A stretch of DNA of 64,000 nt, taken from positions 224,001-288,000 of the forward strand of contig CAWAOD010000016.1 of the NCBI GenBank assembly GCA_963783575.1, written 5' to 3'. A program made the position numbers and the translations under genes. Positions 20,787 through 31,541 of this stretch are shown here, one piece after another. This DNA comes from an uncultured Spirochaetota bacterium. Its GTDB lineage: Bacteria; Spirochaetota; Brevinematia; Brevinematales; JAOACQ01. The notes under the pieces are model-generated. The model ran no database searches, had not been told where the DNA came from, and worked only from the letters and a program-made list of their open reading frames with translations. The first letter of the stretch is position 1. Every line of letters starts with the position of its first letter.

Positions 20787-21704
20787 ATGACCAAACGGCA
20801 ATATATTAATGAAATTACCAGATTAAAGAAAGAAAAGGACGCAATAATACTGGCTCACAATTACCAGCTTCCCGAAATTCAGGATACTGCGGACTATATT
20901 GGTGATTCTCTTGGACTAGCGCAAAAGGCTGCTTCGATACAAAGTAGAATGATTGTTCTTTGCGGTGTCTATTTTATGGCTGAAACAGCAGCGATTTTAA
21001 ATCCCGGGAGAGATGTAATAATACCGGATGCTTCGGCGGGGTGCCCGCTTTCAGATTGCGCGAGTGCAGATATGGTGAAGGAATGGAGAAAGCTGTATCC
21101 GGATTATGAGTTTGTAGCATATGTAAATACAACGGCGGAAGTTAAAGCATTGGCTGATATATGCTGCACATCGGCAAACGCGGTTAAGATAGTTAGATCT
21201 TTAGATAATAAAAAAATCGTTTTTCTTCCCGATAAAAATCTTGGAGATTATGTAAAAATCAATGTACCGGAAAAAGAAATTGTTTTATGGCCCGGTTTTT
21301 GTGTTGTTCATGAAAATGCCAGTATCCAGGCCGTTTTAAAAACAAGGGATAAACACCCCAATGCGCTTATAATGGCTCATCCTGAATGCAGAAGAGAATT
21401 AAGAAATATTGCAGATGGGATATGCAGTACCGGCCAAATGTTTAAGTTTGTTGAAGACCATCCTGAAAATAATGAGTTTATAGTGGTCACCGAATGGGGA
21501 ATTAATTATGCCTTAAGAAAAAAATTTCCGGGGAAAAAGTTTATTGAACCGAATAAGCGTATGGAATGCATGAATATGAAGAAAATAACACTGGAGAAAT
21601 TATATCAAAGTCTAATTAATGAAAAAGCAAAAGTTACGGTAGATCCTGAGATTGCAAAAAAAGCCCGGAAATCAATTGAAAGGATGCTTGAATTAACGGT
21701 ATAA
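20787..21704 (+). CDS. nadA: Quinolinate synthase A
   Basis: ILAHNYQ, GDSL, CGVYFMAET, AYVNT, AHPEC, CMNMK; promoter ttgact-16-tataat at 20651-20678. Confidence 0.95.
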   Translation: MTKRQYINEITRLKKEKDAIILAHNYQLPEIQDTADYIGDSLGLAQKAASIQSRMIVLCGVYFMAETAAILNPGRDVIIPDASAGCPLSDCASADMVKEWRKLYPDYEFVAYVNTTAEVKALADICCTSANAVKIVRSLDNKKIVFLPDKNLGDYVKINVPEKEIVLWPGFCVVHENASIQAVLKTRDKHPNALIMAHPECRRELRNIADGICSTGQMFKFVEDHPENNEFIVVTEWGINYALRKKFPGKKFIEPNKRMECMNMKKITLEKLYQSLINEKAKVTVDPEIAKKARKSIERMLELTV

Positions 21705-21739
21705 CCCGGGAATCATACCGGATGAAATTGGAGGAAATT

Positions 21740-21892
21740 ATGGCCTATAGAGTAACTTTGGATGGAGCAATGAAAGGTGTTAAATTCGATACAAAAGAAG
21801 AAGCCGTTGATGCTATTTGGGAATTTTATAAAGATAAAATGTCTCGTCCTGATTACGAGAAATTCATACAGGAACATATTCAGGAAGCGTAA
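21740..21892 (+). CDS. Small 50-aa protein not in the ORF track (MAYRVTLDGAMKGVKFDTKEEAVDAIWEFYKDKMSRPDYEKFIQEHIQEA)
   Basis: RBS ggagg at 21730-21734; fills the gap between nadA and the phosphoesterase on the operon strand. Confidence 0.75.
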   Translation: MAYRVTLDGAMKGVKFDTKEEAVDAIWEFYKDKMSRPDYEKFIQEHIQEA

Positions 21893-21901
21893 GGTATTCA
21901 T

Positions 21902-22582
21902 TTGAAAATATTAGCCATTAGCGATGTCGTAAGCAAAAAGTTATACGGCCCGTATATTAGTGAAATTGCCGGAGATGTAGACCTGATAATATCCTGCGGA
22001 GATTTACCGGCTTATTATTTGAATTACATTGTTACGAGCCTGTGCAAGCCCCTTCTTTATGTTTGCGGTAATCATGATCATTATATTAAACAAACAGGCA
22101 GTATGAACTCACTTTCAGGGTTAGAAAAATTCTATTTTGACGAATTGGAGTATCTGAATAGTTCCAGTAATTTTGGCGGTAAAAATATGGATAACCGGAT
22201 TGAAATATTCAATAAGGTTATTTTTTCCGGATTGGAAGGTTCGGTTTTATACAACCGGGGAGAGCATCAATATACTGATAATCAGATGAGAATGAAAATA
22301 GCAAGGCTTGCCCCAAAACTTATGCTGAACAAATTGACAAACGGACGATTTATAGATATTCTGATAACCCATGCTCCGCCAAGAGGAATTCATGATAAAG
22401 AGGATCTGCCGCATCATGGATTTAAACCGTTTCTGGGATTTATGGAAAAATACCGGCCGAAATACTTGATCCACGGCCATATTCATATATATGATAATAA
22501 TGAAGTCAGGGTTACCAGGTATCTTGATACAACAGTCATAAATTGCTACGAATATCAGAAACTGGATATTGAAATACCCTGA
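21902..22582 (+). CDS. Calcineurin-like metallophosphoesterase
   Basis: AISD, SCGD, GNHD, THAPP, HGHIH. Confidence 0.9.
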   Translation: MKILAISDVVSKKLYGPYISEIAGDVDLIISCGDLPAYYLNYIVTSLCKPLLYVCGNHDHYIKQTGSMNSLSGLEKFYFDELEYLNSSSNFGGKNMDNRIEIFNKVIFSGLEGSVLYNRGEHQYTDNQMRMKIARLAPKLMLNKLTNGRFIDILITHAPPRGIHDKEDLPHHGFKPFLGFMEKYRPKYLIHGHIHIYDNNEVRVTRYLDTTVINCYEYQKLDIEIP

Positions 22583-22620
22583 TTTTGGAAGCTTAATAAA
22601 TTTATCAGAGGTTTTACTTA

Positions 22621-23547
22621 ATGAATGACTTAAACAGCGGATTCAGGTTGAAGGCCAGTTTCGATTTTGATAAAGCCAGGAATAAGGCATTCATTAACGA
22701 TATTATTAACAAAATTCTTCGTAAGAACAACGAACTTTTTCAGTTTGACGAGATCAAATATTTATTGTCACCGCATGGTATGAGTTACCGCGGAATGCAT
22801 GCAATTCCAATAAACAGGATCGTCGGCAGCGAAGGCCGGTATAACGACTTTGACAGGGACTTTCTTCCTTTAAGGGGAGATACAAGATCACGCTGGGAAA
22901 ATATCGATGTGGCAAAGATGCGGGAGGTTGTTTTACCACCGATAAGTGTTTATAAAATTCGTAATTATTATTTTGTACGCGACGGAAATCACAGGGTTTC
23001 GGTTGCCAGGGAATTAAAGCAGGAATTTATCGACGCGGAGGTAACTGAGCTTTTTGTAAAAGTTAATATTGAAGAATTAACGGAAAAAGGACTTTTAATA
23101 GCCGAAAGTATGAAGTATTTCCTTGATAAAACAAAATTCGATGAAATATTTCCTCAAACGGAAATAAACCTTACAAACCCATGGGGATATTACCGTCTGA
23201 TTGAGCATATTAAAACTTATCAATATCTCTTGAGTGAATCGGAACACAGGAAAATTCCATGGGAAGAAGCTGTAAAAAGATGGTATAATGAGCTGTTTCT
23301 AAAACTGGTCAAACTGATAAAAACCAGAAAAGTTCTGCGAAAGTTCCCGGGAAGAGAAGTAGGAGACCTATATATCTGGGTAATGGATCACTGGCATTTT
23401 TTAAAGGAAAATAAAGGCCCGGTATCGATGGAAAAAGCTCTGGAAGACTATGCTTTCCGCTATGGAAACGGAAAGATAGGTAAGATTTTTATCAAAGTTT
23501 TCGGATGGCTTAATAAATTTAATACAAAACGAAAAGAGAGGAAATAA
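22621..23547 (+). CDS. ParB/Sulfiredoxin-like domain protein (DUF4032-associated type)
   Basis: IVGSEGRYNDFD, LPPISVYK...YFVRDGNHRVSVAR; C-terminal DLYIWVMDHW. Confidence 0.8.
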   Translation: MNDLNSGFRLKASFDFDKARNKAFINDIINKILRKNNELFQFDEIKYLLSPHGMSYRGMHAIPINRIVGSEGRYNDFDRDFLPLRGDTRSRWENIDVAKMREVVLPPISVYKIRNYYFVRDGNHRVSVARELKQEFIDAEVTELFVKVNIEELTEKGLLIAESMKYFLDKTKFDEIFPQTEINLTNPWGYYRLIEHIKTYQYLLSESEHRKIPWEEAVKRWYNELFLKLVKLIKTRKVLRKFPGREVGDLYIWVMDHWHFLKENKGPVSMEKALEDYAFRYGNGKIGKIFIKVFGWLNKFNTKRKERK

Positions 23548-23552
23548 TCCGG

Positions 23553-24422
23553 ATGAATACTGTAAAAAGAGTTCTTATAATTGCAAATACACGGAAAATA
23601 CTTGTTGAAAGGGTTGTAGAGACGGCTCAGAAGGAACTCAGCCGAAGAGGCATCGATTTCTTTCTGATCTCGCCATCTTATTTTCGTCTGGATAATAAAG
23701 ACCTGCTGACAGATATTGATGCGCGTTATAAGCACAGGGATTATGACCTTATCCTTGCAATTGGCGGCGATGGAACATTTCTTTATACGGCCAGGACTTT
23801 CTTAAATTTCAATATTCCGATAGCGGGGATTAATGCCGGCAGAATAGGATTTTTAATGGAAATCAGTCCCGATGAGTTGAAGGATGCAATGGATAAAATT
23901 TGTTCAAACCAGGTGGAATTGGAAAAAAGGATGCTGCTTGAATTAAAGCTTTTGAGGGACGGCAGAAACATCTATCATTTCCCATTCCTTAATGATGCTG
24001 TCGTGTCCAAGGGCGTTCTCGCGAGAATGGTGGAAATTTCCCTTTCGCTTGGTAATGAGGCTCTTTCACAATACCGAGCCGATGGTTTGATTGTTTCAAC
24101 CCCAACAGGATCAACGGCATACAATCTTGCAGCCGGCGGACCTATCCTTACTCCTGACATAGAGGCTATGATCATTACTCCCATCTGCCCGCATACTTTA
24201 GGTATAAGACCGATTGTCACGGGAAGCGACAAAGAGCTGAAAATACACTTAATTGCTGGCGAATCGGATACAGCCATGACAGTTGATGGCCAGGAAAATT
24301 TTTATTTAAGAAAAGGCGATATGGTTATAATAAAGAAATCTGAAAGATATATCCACATTTTTGATTACGGCCAGAAACAGTTTTTCGGCGTCTTACGGGA
24401 AAAACTCGGGTGGCATATCTAA
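23553..24422 (+). CDS. nadK: NAD(+) kinase
   Basis: GGDGT, GRIGFL, LND, DGLIVSTPTGSTAY. Confidence 0.95.
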   Translation: MNTVKRVLIIANTRKILVERVVETAQKELSRRGIDFFLISPSYFRLDNKDLLTDIDARYKHRDYDLILAIGGDGTFLYTARTFLNFNIPIAGINAGRIGFLMEISPDELKDAMDKICSNQVELEKRMLLELKLLRDGRNIYHFPFLNDAVVSKGVLARMVEISLSLGNEALSQYRADGLIVSTPTGSTAYNLAAGGPILTPDIEAMIITPICPHTLGIRPIVTGSDKELKIHLIAGESDTAMTVDGQENFYLRKGDMVIIKKSERYIHIFDYGQKQFFGVLREKLGWHI

Positions 24423-24542
24423 TCATACAAAAATTGAAAATTTTTGTATGATTAGATATGTAGTTTTGTATAGCATAAATAGTAGAAAACAAAACTACTT
24501 GTTTTTTTAATTAAGTATTAATGATACTCTTCATGATGTGAG

Positions 24543-26237
24543 GTGATCATGATAGAAAGGCTTTCAATCAAAAACTACGCGATAATCGATTCGCTTGATT
24601 TGGAATTCAATAACGGCTTTCATGTATTCAGCGGTGAAACAGGCGCCGGAAAATCCATAATTGTCGGAGCGCTGGGCCTTGCTATCGGTGATAAAGGCGA
24701 TTCTTCGATGATACGAAGCGGAGAGGAAAAAGCTGTTGTTGAAGCCGAATTCAGTATGAAGAAAGGGGAAGCCATGAAGGTTCTCGACAGACTTCAAATT
24801 GAAAGAGCGGAGTCTGTCCTTGTAAGGAGGGAAATAGCCCAGAACGGGAAAAATAGGATTTTCATCAACGGCCTTCAGGAGCCTTTGTCCAAGCTTGAAG
24901 AATTAGGCGAATGGCTGGTAGATATTCATGGCCAGCATGACCACCAGCTCCTTTTAAATCAAAAAGTACATCTGGATATTCTGGACAATTTTGGTAAGCT
25001 GAAAAAAGAAAAGGAAGAAATCAGGGAAACATATACAGACCTTATTAAAAAAAATGAGGAAATAATCGAATTGGAGCAGGATGAGAAAAAACTGAACGAG
25101 GAAAAGATATTCTGGGAGAACGCCGTAACTGATATTGAAAAGTCTGCTCTTTTATCAGGAGAAGAATCCAGTCTGGCCGAGTCATTAAAAAAGATGGAAA
25201 ACGCCGAAAGGCTTAATCTTTCATTCAATAATGCCTACAGCCTTCTTTACGAGGACGAACTATCTGTTTCAAGCAGGCTTTCAAGAGCCGTTTCATTGAT
25301 AAAAGAAACCTCCTCATTTGACAAACGCTATTCGGAACTTCAGGAAATTCTAGAGGACGCTTCGGTAAAAATCGAAGAAAGCACGGATCTGATCACACAT
25401 TTCAAAGATGAACTTGATCTTGACAGTAATACCATGGAAGAAACTATTGACAGGCTTGAATTGATCAAGGATTTGAAGCGTAAATACAAGAAAACCTCGA
25501 TAGAAGAACTGAATATATACGCCGGCGAATGCCGGGAAAAGCTCAGGCGTTTTGAAAACCGGGCCGAGGAATTGGCCAGGCTTAATAGAGAAAGAGAGTC
25601 GGTTAAATCAGGACTTATAGAAAAATCCATGCAGTTATCAAGGAAAAGGCAGGATACGGCAAAAGAACTTTCTATAAAAGTTAAAAAGGAATTACAATTC
25701 CTTGGAATGGAAAAAACCGAATTCATTGTAGATATAAAATATGTAAAGGATGAGGACAGCCAGATTATAATTAATGGAATCCCGATAAAAATAAGCGAAT
25801 CCGGAATTGACCGTGTGGAATTTTTCATTGCGGTCAATCCTGGGGAAGAACCGAAACCGTTGAAGAAAGCCGCGTCGGGCGGCGAGATTTCAAGGATAAT
25901 GCTTGCTTTGAAATCAATTTTTGCGGAGAATGATTCAATCGAAACCCTTATTTTTGACGAGATAGACGTCGGTATCGGCGGCCTGACCGCCAATAATGTC
26001 GCCGTAAAGATGAAAGCGATTTCAGAAACAAAACAGGTTATTGTCATAACGCATCTGGCGCAGATCGCTTCTCAGGCTGTATTCCATTATTTCATATCAA
26101 AATTTGTGCGGGAAGGCAAAACCTTTACAGCCGTTGAAAAACTTCAGGGTGAGAAAAGAGTTGTCGAAATTGCCAGGATGCTGGGCGGCGATTCAAAGGC
26201 CGCTATCGCGCATGCTAAGGAGATACTGAAGTATTGA
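24543..26237 (+). CDS. recN: DNA repair protein RecN
   Basis: GETGAGKS, IHGQHDHQ, ASGGEISR, FDEIDVG, ITHLAQIA. Confidence 0.96.
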   Translation: MIMIERLSIKNYAIIDSLDLEFNNGFHVFSGETGAGKSIIVGALGLAIGDKGDSSMIRSGEEKAVVEAEFSMKKGEAMKVLDRLQIERAESVLVRREIAQNGKNRIFINGLQEPLSKLEELGEWLVDIHGQHDHQLLLNQKVHLDILDNFGKLKKEKEEIRETYTDLIKKNEEIIELEQDEKKLNEEKIFWENAVTDIEKSALLSGEESSLAESLKKMENAERLNLSFNNAYSLLYEDELSVSSRLSRAVSLIKETSSFDKRYSELQEILEDASVKIEESTDLITHFKDELDLDSNTMEETIDRLELIKDLKRKYKKTSIEELNIYAGECREKLRRFENRAEELARLNRERESVKSGLIEKSMQLSRKRQDTAKELSIKVKKELQFLGMEKTEFIVDIKYVKDEDSQIIINGIPIKISESGIDRVEFFIAVNPGEEPKPLKKAASGGEISRIMLALKSIFAENDSIETLIFDEIDVGIGGLTANNVAVKMKAISETKQVIVITHLAQIASQAVFHYFISKFVREGKTFTAVEKLQGEKRVVEIARMLGGDSKAAIAHAKEILKY

Positions 26238-26636
26238 TAAATTTTTATTGATCCGGATCCAAGAATTGTTCATATTTCATTTATTAGTTTTATTTAGCCT
26301 TCGTAAAGATAAATGAAATGACGGTAATTAAGATTATCAAAATAATCAATCCCATCACCAAAATCCAGGACAGCGGCCGTGCCAATATTTATTATGTTCT
26401 CGGCTTTTATTCCTCCGGCAGCGATATTGAAATAGGGGGAATGCTGGAATCTTTTCATATAGATTTTGTAATTGAGGACACCTGGTATGATGGTTCCGAT
26501 TTTAGTGTAACGGGAAATATTTACAGAAAAGCATTATCGGAATAATTGTTAAAGTATGCTTCCAATCCGGGAAAAGATTGATTTCTATTACATATCATCA
26601 TTCCTGGAAATTCAGTTCGGTTTATGGTGAATTTAA

Positions 26637-26665
26637 TTGACAATTCGGCAAATTTTTAATATAAT
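26637..26665 (+). promoter_or_regulatory. Consensus sigma70 promoter for the GH3 gene
   Basis: ttgaca (26637-26642), 17-bp spacer, tataat (26660-26665). Confidence 0.8.
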
Positions 26666-26719
26666 TACTGACTTTGTAATATTAGGTTAAAAAGTATTTA
26701 TATTAATAGGAGTTAAGTT

Positions 26720-28537
26720 ATGTCAAAACAAAGAGATGAATTTATTCAAAAAAAAGTCGGAAATATGAGTCTTGCGGAAAAAGTAGGCCAGCTTCTGACA
26801 TTTACCTGGCGCGGTGCAATGTTAACGCCAAGCGGTATTGAACAGATCACAAAATTGCAATGCGGCGGCCTTTGCCTTGAACCCTACGCCGTTGAGACCT
26901 GTAAAAACCTTTACTGGGGCAATTCACAGTATGATAAAAACTTTCAAAAACCGAAAGATTATTTTTCAATTTCAAATACTTATTTTGCAGGAAAACAATA
27001 CGGCATTAGTATTACTCCTGAGGAATACACAAAAAGGCTGAATCAATTGCAGAAAATTGCAATGGAAAGGCCTTCCGGAATTCCTCTCCATATGACGATT
27101 GATTTTGAAGGTGATTTTAAAAATGATTATACTGCCGGCGGCATTAGGCAATTCCCGGGACCTATGGGTATGGCGGCTATCGGCGACACCGATTTAACCT
27201 ATAAAATCGGTTTGACTATAGCAAAGCAATTAAGTGCTATCGGTATTACGCAAATGTATTCACCAGTATGCGATGTAAATGTAAAACCGCAGAATCCTGA
27301 AATAGGAGTAAGGTCATTCGGCGATAACCCTGAGACCTGCGCGAAACATGCTGTAGCTTTGATTAAAGGTTTACAGGAAGGCGGCATAGCGGCAACCGGG
27401 AAACACTTCCCGGGAAGAGGCAATTCGGTAACCGACGCCCATGATGTACTGGAAGTTTTAAATATGGATAAAAAGACAATGCATGAAGTCGATCTTGTTC
27501 CTTTTAAAGCGGCAATAGATTTTGGGGTAAAAGCCATTATGACCGGGCACTCTGTTTACCCGGCTTACGATGATACATACCCGACAACCTTATCGGAAAA
27601 AATCCTTCAAGGGCTTTTAAGAAAGGAATTGGGATTCAAAGGCGTTATTGTTTCAGATGCTATCGGTATGGCTGCTATTCTTAAAAAATGGCCTCTCCCG
27701 CTGGCCTGCACAATGGCAATAAAAGCCGGTGTTGATACCATACTTTTAAAAGCCGATGATGAGTCCAGGTCTCAGTGCTTCTTTGGAATTAAACAAGCCG
27801 TTGAAAAAGGGGAACTGTCTGAAGAAAGGGTCAATGATGCTGTCACTCATCTCCTGGAAATGAAGTACGACCAGGGTTTGTTTGAAACAGCAGGTAAAAA
27901 AGATCCTCAGAAAACCTTAGAAATTACAACCAGTAAAGAAATTGTTGATTTTTCAATGGATGTTGCTAAGAAAGCATTAATAGTAATGAGAGACGACAAA
28001 AAAATACTTCCTTTAAATCCCAAACAAAGAATACTTGTTATTGAACAATGTATTCCTTATGAATTTGTTGGAAAAGATCCATATTTCCACTCTCATATGT
28101 TTTGTGAGCAAATGGTAAATAACTCAACAAACCTTATTTTAACTGATACAGCTTTCTCCGCATTCGATGAAGAGATAGAAGAATGCCTCAATCTTGCTAA
28201 ACAGGCAGACCTTGTTGTTATGACCAATTATTATGCCCGGATTGTAAAAACCGGCAACAATCAGCTGCTTATCAAGAAGCTGAAAGAGGCTGGTCATAAA
28301 GTTGTTGTTGTTACAAATTTCCCCTATTTAAAAGGAACAACAAAGGAAGCCGATGCTGTCATTTGCAATTTCAGCGGTACGCCTGATTCTATAAGAGCTT
28401 CAGCCGATCTTCTTTTTGGGAAATTCAAAACTACACCTTCAACAAAAGTACCTGTAAACCTTAGTGTTGAGCAGGAAACTTCCGCCGAAAAGTTGAAAGC
28501 ACCGAAGAAGCACCCTCTAGGCTTATCTTATTGTTAA
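26720..28537 (+). CDS. Glycoside hydrolase family 3 (NagZ-like, two-domain)
   Basis: EKVGQL, IDFEG, IGVRSFG, KHFPGRG...DAH, LRKELGFKGVIVSDA. Confidence 0.88.
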   Translation: MSKQRDEFIQKKVGNMSLAEKVGQLLTFTWRGAMLTPSGIEQITKLQCGGLCLEPYAVETCKNLYWGNSQYDKNFQKPKDYFSISNTYFAGKQYGISITPEEYTKRLNQLQKIAMERPSGIPLHMTIDFEGDFKNDYTAGGIRQFPGPMGMAAIGDTDLTYKIGLTIAKQLSAIGITQMYSPVCDVNVKPQNPEIGVRSFGDNPETCAKHAVALIKGLQEGGIAATGKHFPGRGNSVTDAHDVLEVLNMDKKTMHEVDLVPFKAAIDFGVKAIMTGHSVYPAYDDTYPTTLSEKILQGLLRKELGFKGVIVSDAIGMAAILKKWPLPLACTMAIKAGVDTILLKADDESRSQCFFGIKQAVEKGELSEERVNDAVTHLLEMKYDQGLFETAGKKDPQKTLEITTSKEIVDFSMDVAKKALIVMRDDKKILPLNPKQRILVIEQCIPYEFVGKDPYFHSHMFCEQMVNNSTNLILTDTAFSAFDEEIEECLNLAKQADLVVMTNYYARIVKTGNNQLLIKKLKEAGHKVVVVTNFPYLKGTTKEADAVICNFSGTPDSIRASADLLFGKFKTTPSTKVPVNLSVEQETSAEKLKAPKKHPLGLSYC

Positions 28538-28800
28538 CAAGCGTGCCGCTTGACCGGTAATAATCCTTAGCGGTTTCTAACCTATCAAGTGGCTTTCTTC
28601 AGCAACTTACCGAAGGGTCGAATGTTGCCGAGGGCATAGTTTATTAATAATTTTCGGGATTGACACAGATTAGAAGGTAGATAAAAAGATTTTTACCCTC
28701 CTAAGCTATGGCAAAGGGGGTAAATTTTGTTAAATTTAGCGAAGATAATATCATAAAATAATGAAAATAAAGTTAGAAGTCATAATAACCTGGCGGGGTA
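28534..28800 (-). repeat. Inverted, internally divergent copy of the MITE-like element
   Basis: The reverse complement starts taccccgc and ends accggtcaagcggcacgcttgttaa, like the elements at 31542 and 51588. Confidence 0.6.
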
Positions 28801-28962
28801 CCCAAAACAATGAAAGTATGTTTTTAGTCAAGATAATAAATAACAGGAAGAATGGAAGCAATGAAAATCAAGCTTAGTATATAGAAATAGCAAAAAAATG
28901 ATTTCTTCCCATCTTCGCGTCTTCCTGTGAATTGAAAATAATTTTCAAGGGAGGATTATTAT

Positions 28963-31524
28963 ATGCTGGAATCTGACAATTTAAATATAAGCGACGTTTT
29001 TACAATATCGGGAGATCAAATCAGTGAGATTTATAAAAAGAACAAAATGGCGGTCCATTTTCAGGGAATGTCAAAAACCCTTCAATTCCCTCATACCATT
29101 GCTATTCAGGGCGCTCCTACCTGTTCCATCGGCATATCCCCCGACGGCTTATACAACAGACTGAATGATGCCGGGAGACTGATATTATTAAATCAAAATT
29201 CCATCCAGTTTGCATCAGCGCCGTTTATCCGAATCTTTGCCGACCAGGATATGGAAGATGAGAGAGATACATATGTTATGCTGACTACCAAAGACCCTAA
29301 AGCTGCTGAGTCTTACGACGATGTACCGGCATTGAAAAATTATTATCATCCTCCGATATCTGAAAATCAGACAGCGGTTTCCATCGCTACACCATTACTG
29401 GAAATATCGTATAATATGGAAAAAATCAGTGTTATAAGAAAATATATTTCTCCTTTACTGTCCGGAAATTCACAGACGCTAATGCCAATCGGAGTAGAAG
29501 AATATAAATTACTGAATAATACCGGTAAGGCACAAAAAGTTACCCTGGTAATTCCAAGACCATCCCTGGTTAATCTTCAGGAAAAGGAATTAAAACCCAT
29601 GGATCAGGATTCTGTTTATTTATGCGCAACACCGGTTAAAGGTCATGTTCATAAAGAATTTAAATCCGGGGGTATGAGAGGAGTAATTCTTAGCAGCAAG
29701 GAATGCCCGGACAGGATGGTCATTGGCGTGCCTGAAATTGAAAATGTTGACATTGATACACAGCCTTATTTTTGCTTAAACAGGCTTAAACAGGATTTAT
29801 TATTAAATGATAACGGCACTTTTTATGAAAAAAGAGATCCTATTGTCAAACAGGATTATGGCGCCGCTATTAGCCTTACAATTACGCTTGATCCTAAAGC
29901 GGCTGTGACTATTCCGTTTGCATTAGTTCTGGACTTTCCTCAACAGCATTATATTGATGGAAAAGCATTTGAGCGTAAATATATAAAAAGTTTCAAGGAT
30001 GAAAAATCAAGAGCATTGGATATGGCAAAGTTAGCCCTGGAAAATTATCCTGAATGGCTAAACCGGACAATAACGATCCAAAACAGGATTTTTAATCTGA
30101 TACGACAAAACTCTTCCTATCAAGACGATAGAGACGGCGCTTTGAGGCTGACCCGGTTGATTTTAAACGAATTCAGTTTCCCTTTATCAAATGCCGCGGT
30201 CTGGACTGAAGATAAGGATGGTAATGATTCTGCAAGGTTCCTTGAATGTTTTGATTACGCATATATTGATCCCTCGGATGTTGACTGGTATTCCATGGTA
30301 TTACTTTTTCTTTTCCCAAACATAGAAAAAGAATTATGCCAGCGATTTATCGATTCGATACTTGCGGAGGATAATACTCCACGCTTTTATCATCTCCACT
30401 CATCTTTTGTCGAAGCCAGAAAGCATTATTTTGATTATACTGACGAATATGAAGGCGAGGTAATGACCCAGATAAGAGACGCTTTTAAAATAAAAGGAAG
30501 CGTTGCTCATGATCTGGGAGCTTTACCGAAAGGTCATGCCCTTCGTAATGTAAGTGATTATGCCTGGTACAATAATAATTATTGGATCGATCTGTTCCCA
30601 AAGCTGGTATTAAGAGTATTACGCGATGTTAAATTCCTGGGTGATATGGAATTCTTAAAGAAAAACTGGGATACGCTTAAATTCGGGCTGGAATTTTCAC
30701 TGACCCTGGATTTTGACGGAGACGGAGTTCCGGAAGGCAATCCCAATGAAGTAAAAAATACGTTTGATAATCTGACTTTATTTGGCGTTGATGCTTACGA
30801 TGTAACAACTTTTCTGGCCGGCTGCCAGGCAATGATTAAAATGGCGGAGATAATGAAAGATGAACCTGCTAAAAAGCGCATCACGGAAATATTTGAAAAA
30901 GCCTCGCTGAGTTTTGAAAAGCTCTGGAGAGAGGAAAAAAGCAATACAGGCCGTGAGTTGAAGTATTATATTACCTGCTTTGATCCGAAAACAGGGGAAA
31001 CAAATACGGACATCTGGACAAACCAGCTGGATTCCCTTTGGTATTTAATATCGATAGGCGAAGTACCTTTCATTTCAGAAGACAGGGCTAAAAAAATACT
31101 TAAAACGATTTATGAGAATAACCGTACAACTATGGGCTGGGCTATGTGCCGGACAGAGGACAGCGAAGCGGTTGAATCGGAGCAGGGGCAGGATGTTTAT
31201 ACAACGTCAAATTATGTTTTTGCCCAATTGCTCGAATATTATGGAATGTCCGAAGAAAGCAAAGAAGTATATAAAGCAATGGATAAGGTTGTTTTCCAGC
31301 ATGCCAATTCATTAATAACACCGGACAATATCCGGGCTGAATATGCAAAAGAAGATGGAGAATTGACTGAAGGATCGCATTATATTGTAGCGGCTTATCC
31401 AAGGCCGGGAGCAATATTAACTCACCTGGTAATACAGTTTATTAAAGACCGGCAGAAGAAAACCAATAATACAATAATTGAATCTGATCAATTGAAGTCT
31501 TTTGCGGCTGCATTAATGAAATAA
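28963..31524 (+). CDS. Glycoside hydrolase family 116 (glucosylceramidase / beta-glucosidase-like)
   Basis: FLECFDY (nucleophile Glu region), SDVDWY, AHDLG, WIDLFPK, DFDGDGVPE, NTFDN (acid/base Asp region). Confidence 0.8.
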   Translation: MLESDNLNISDVFTISGDQISEIYKKNKMAVHFQGMSKTLQFPHTIAIQGAPTCSIGISPDGLYNRLNDAGRLILLNQNSIQFASAPFIRIFADQDMEDERDTYVMLTTKDPKAAESYDDVPALKNYYHPPISENQTAVSIATPLLEISYNMEKISVIRKYISPLLSGNSQTLMPIGVEEYKLLNNTGKAQKVTLVIPRPSLVNLQEKELKPMDQDSVYLCATPVKGHVHKEFKSGGMRGVILSSKECPDRMVIGVPEIENVDIDTQPYFCLNRLKQDLLLNDNGTFYEKRDPIVKQDYGAAISLTITLDPKAAVTIPFALVLDFPQQHYIDGKAFERKYIKSFKDEKSRALDMAKLALENYPEWLNRTITIQNRIFNLIRQNSSYQDDRDGALRLTRLILNEFSFPLSNAAVWTEDKDGNDSARFLECFDYAYIDPSDVDWYSMVLLFLFPNIEKELCQRFIDSILAEDNTPRFYHLHSSFVEARKHYFDYTDEYEGEVMTQIRDAFKIKGSVAHDLGALPKGHALRNVSDYAWYNNNYWIDLFPKLVLRVLRDVKFLGDMEFLKKNWDTLKFGLEFSLTLDFDGDGVPEGNPNEVKNTFDNLTLFGVDAYDVTTFLAGCQAMIKMAEIMKDEPAKKRITEIFEKASLSFEKLWREEKSNTGRELKYYITCFDPKTGETNTDIWTNQLDSLWYLISIGEVPFISEDRAKKILKTIYENNRTTMGWAMCRTEDSEAVESEQGQDVYTTSNYVFAQLLEYYGMSEESKEVYKAMDKVVFQHANSLITPDNIRAEYAKEDGELTEGSHYIVAAYPRPGAILTHLVIQFIKDRQKKTNNTIIESDQLKSFAAALMK

Positions 31525-31541
31525 TTACAAGTATATAATAA

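Noticed and set aside
25340..26047. 235-aa antisense ORF and similar shadow ORFs (e.g. 42494..42940, 49779..50225, 8529..8960)
   Set aside because: They lie opposite well-supported genes and have no motifs; antisense open frames are expected from codon bias.
26318..26545. 75-aa ORF after recN
   Set aside because: No clear RBS or motif; it may be a gene remnant, but no call can be supported.
28932..28948. Palindrome ttgaaaataattttcaa as a LacI-type operator for GH116
   Set aside because: It lacks the central CG, is almost all A/T in an AT-rich genome, and no cognate regulator is nearby.
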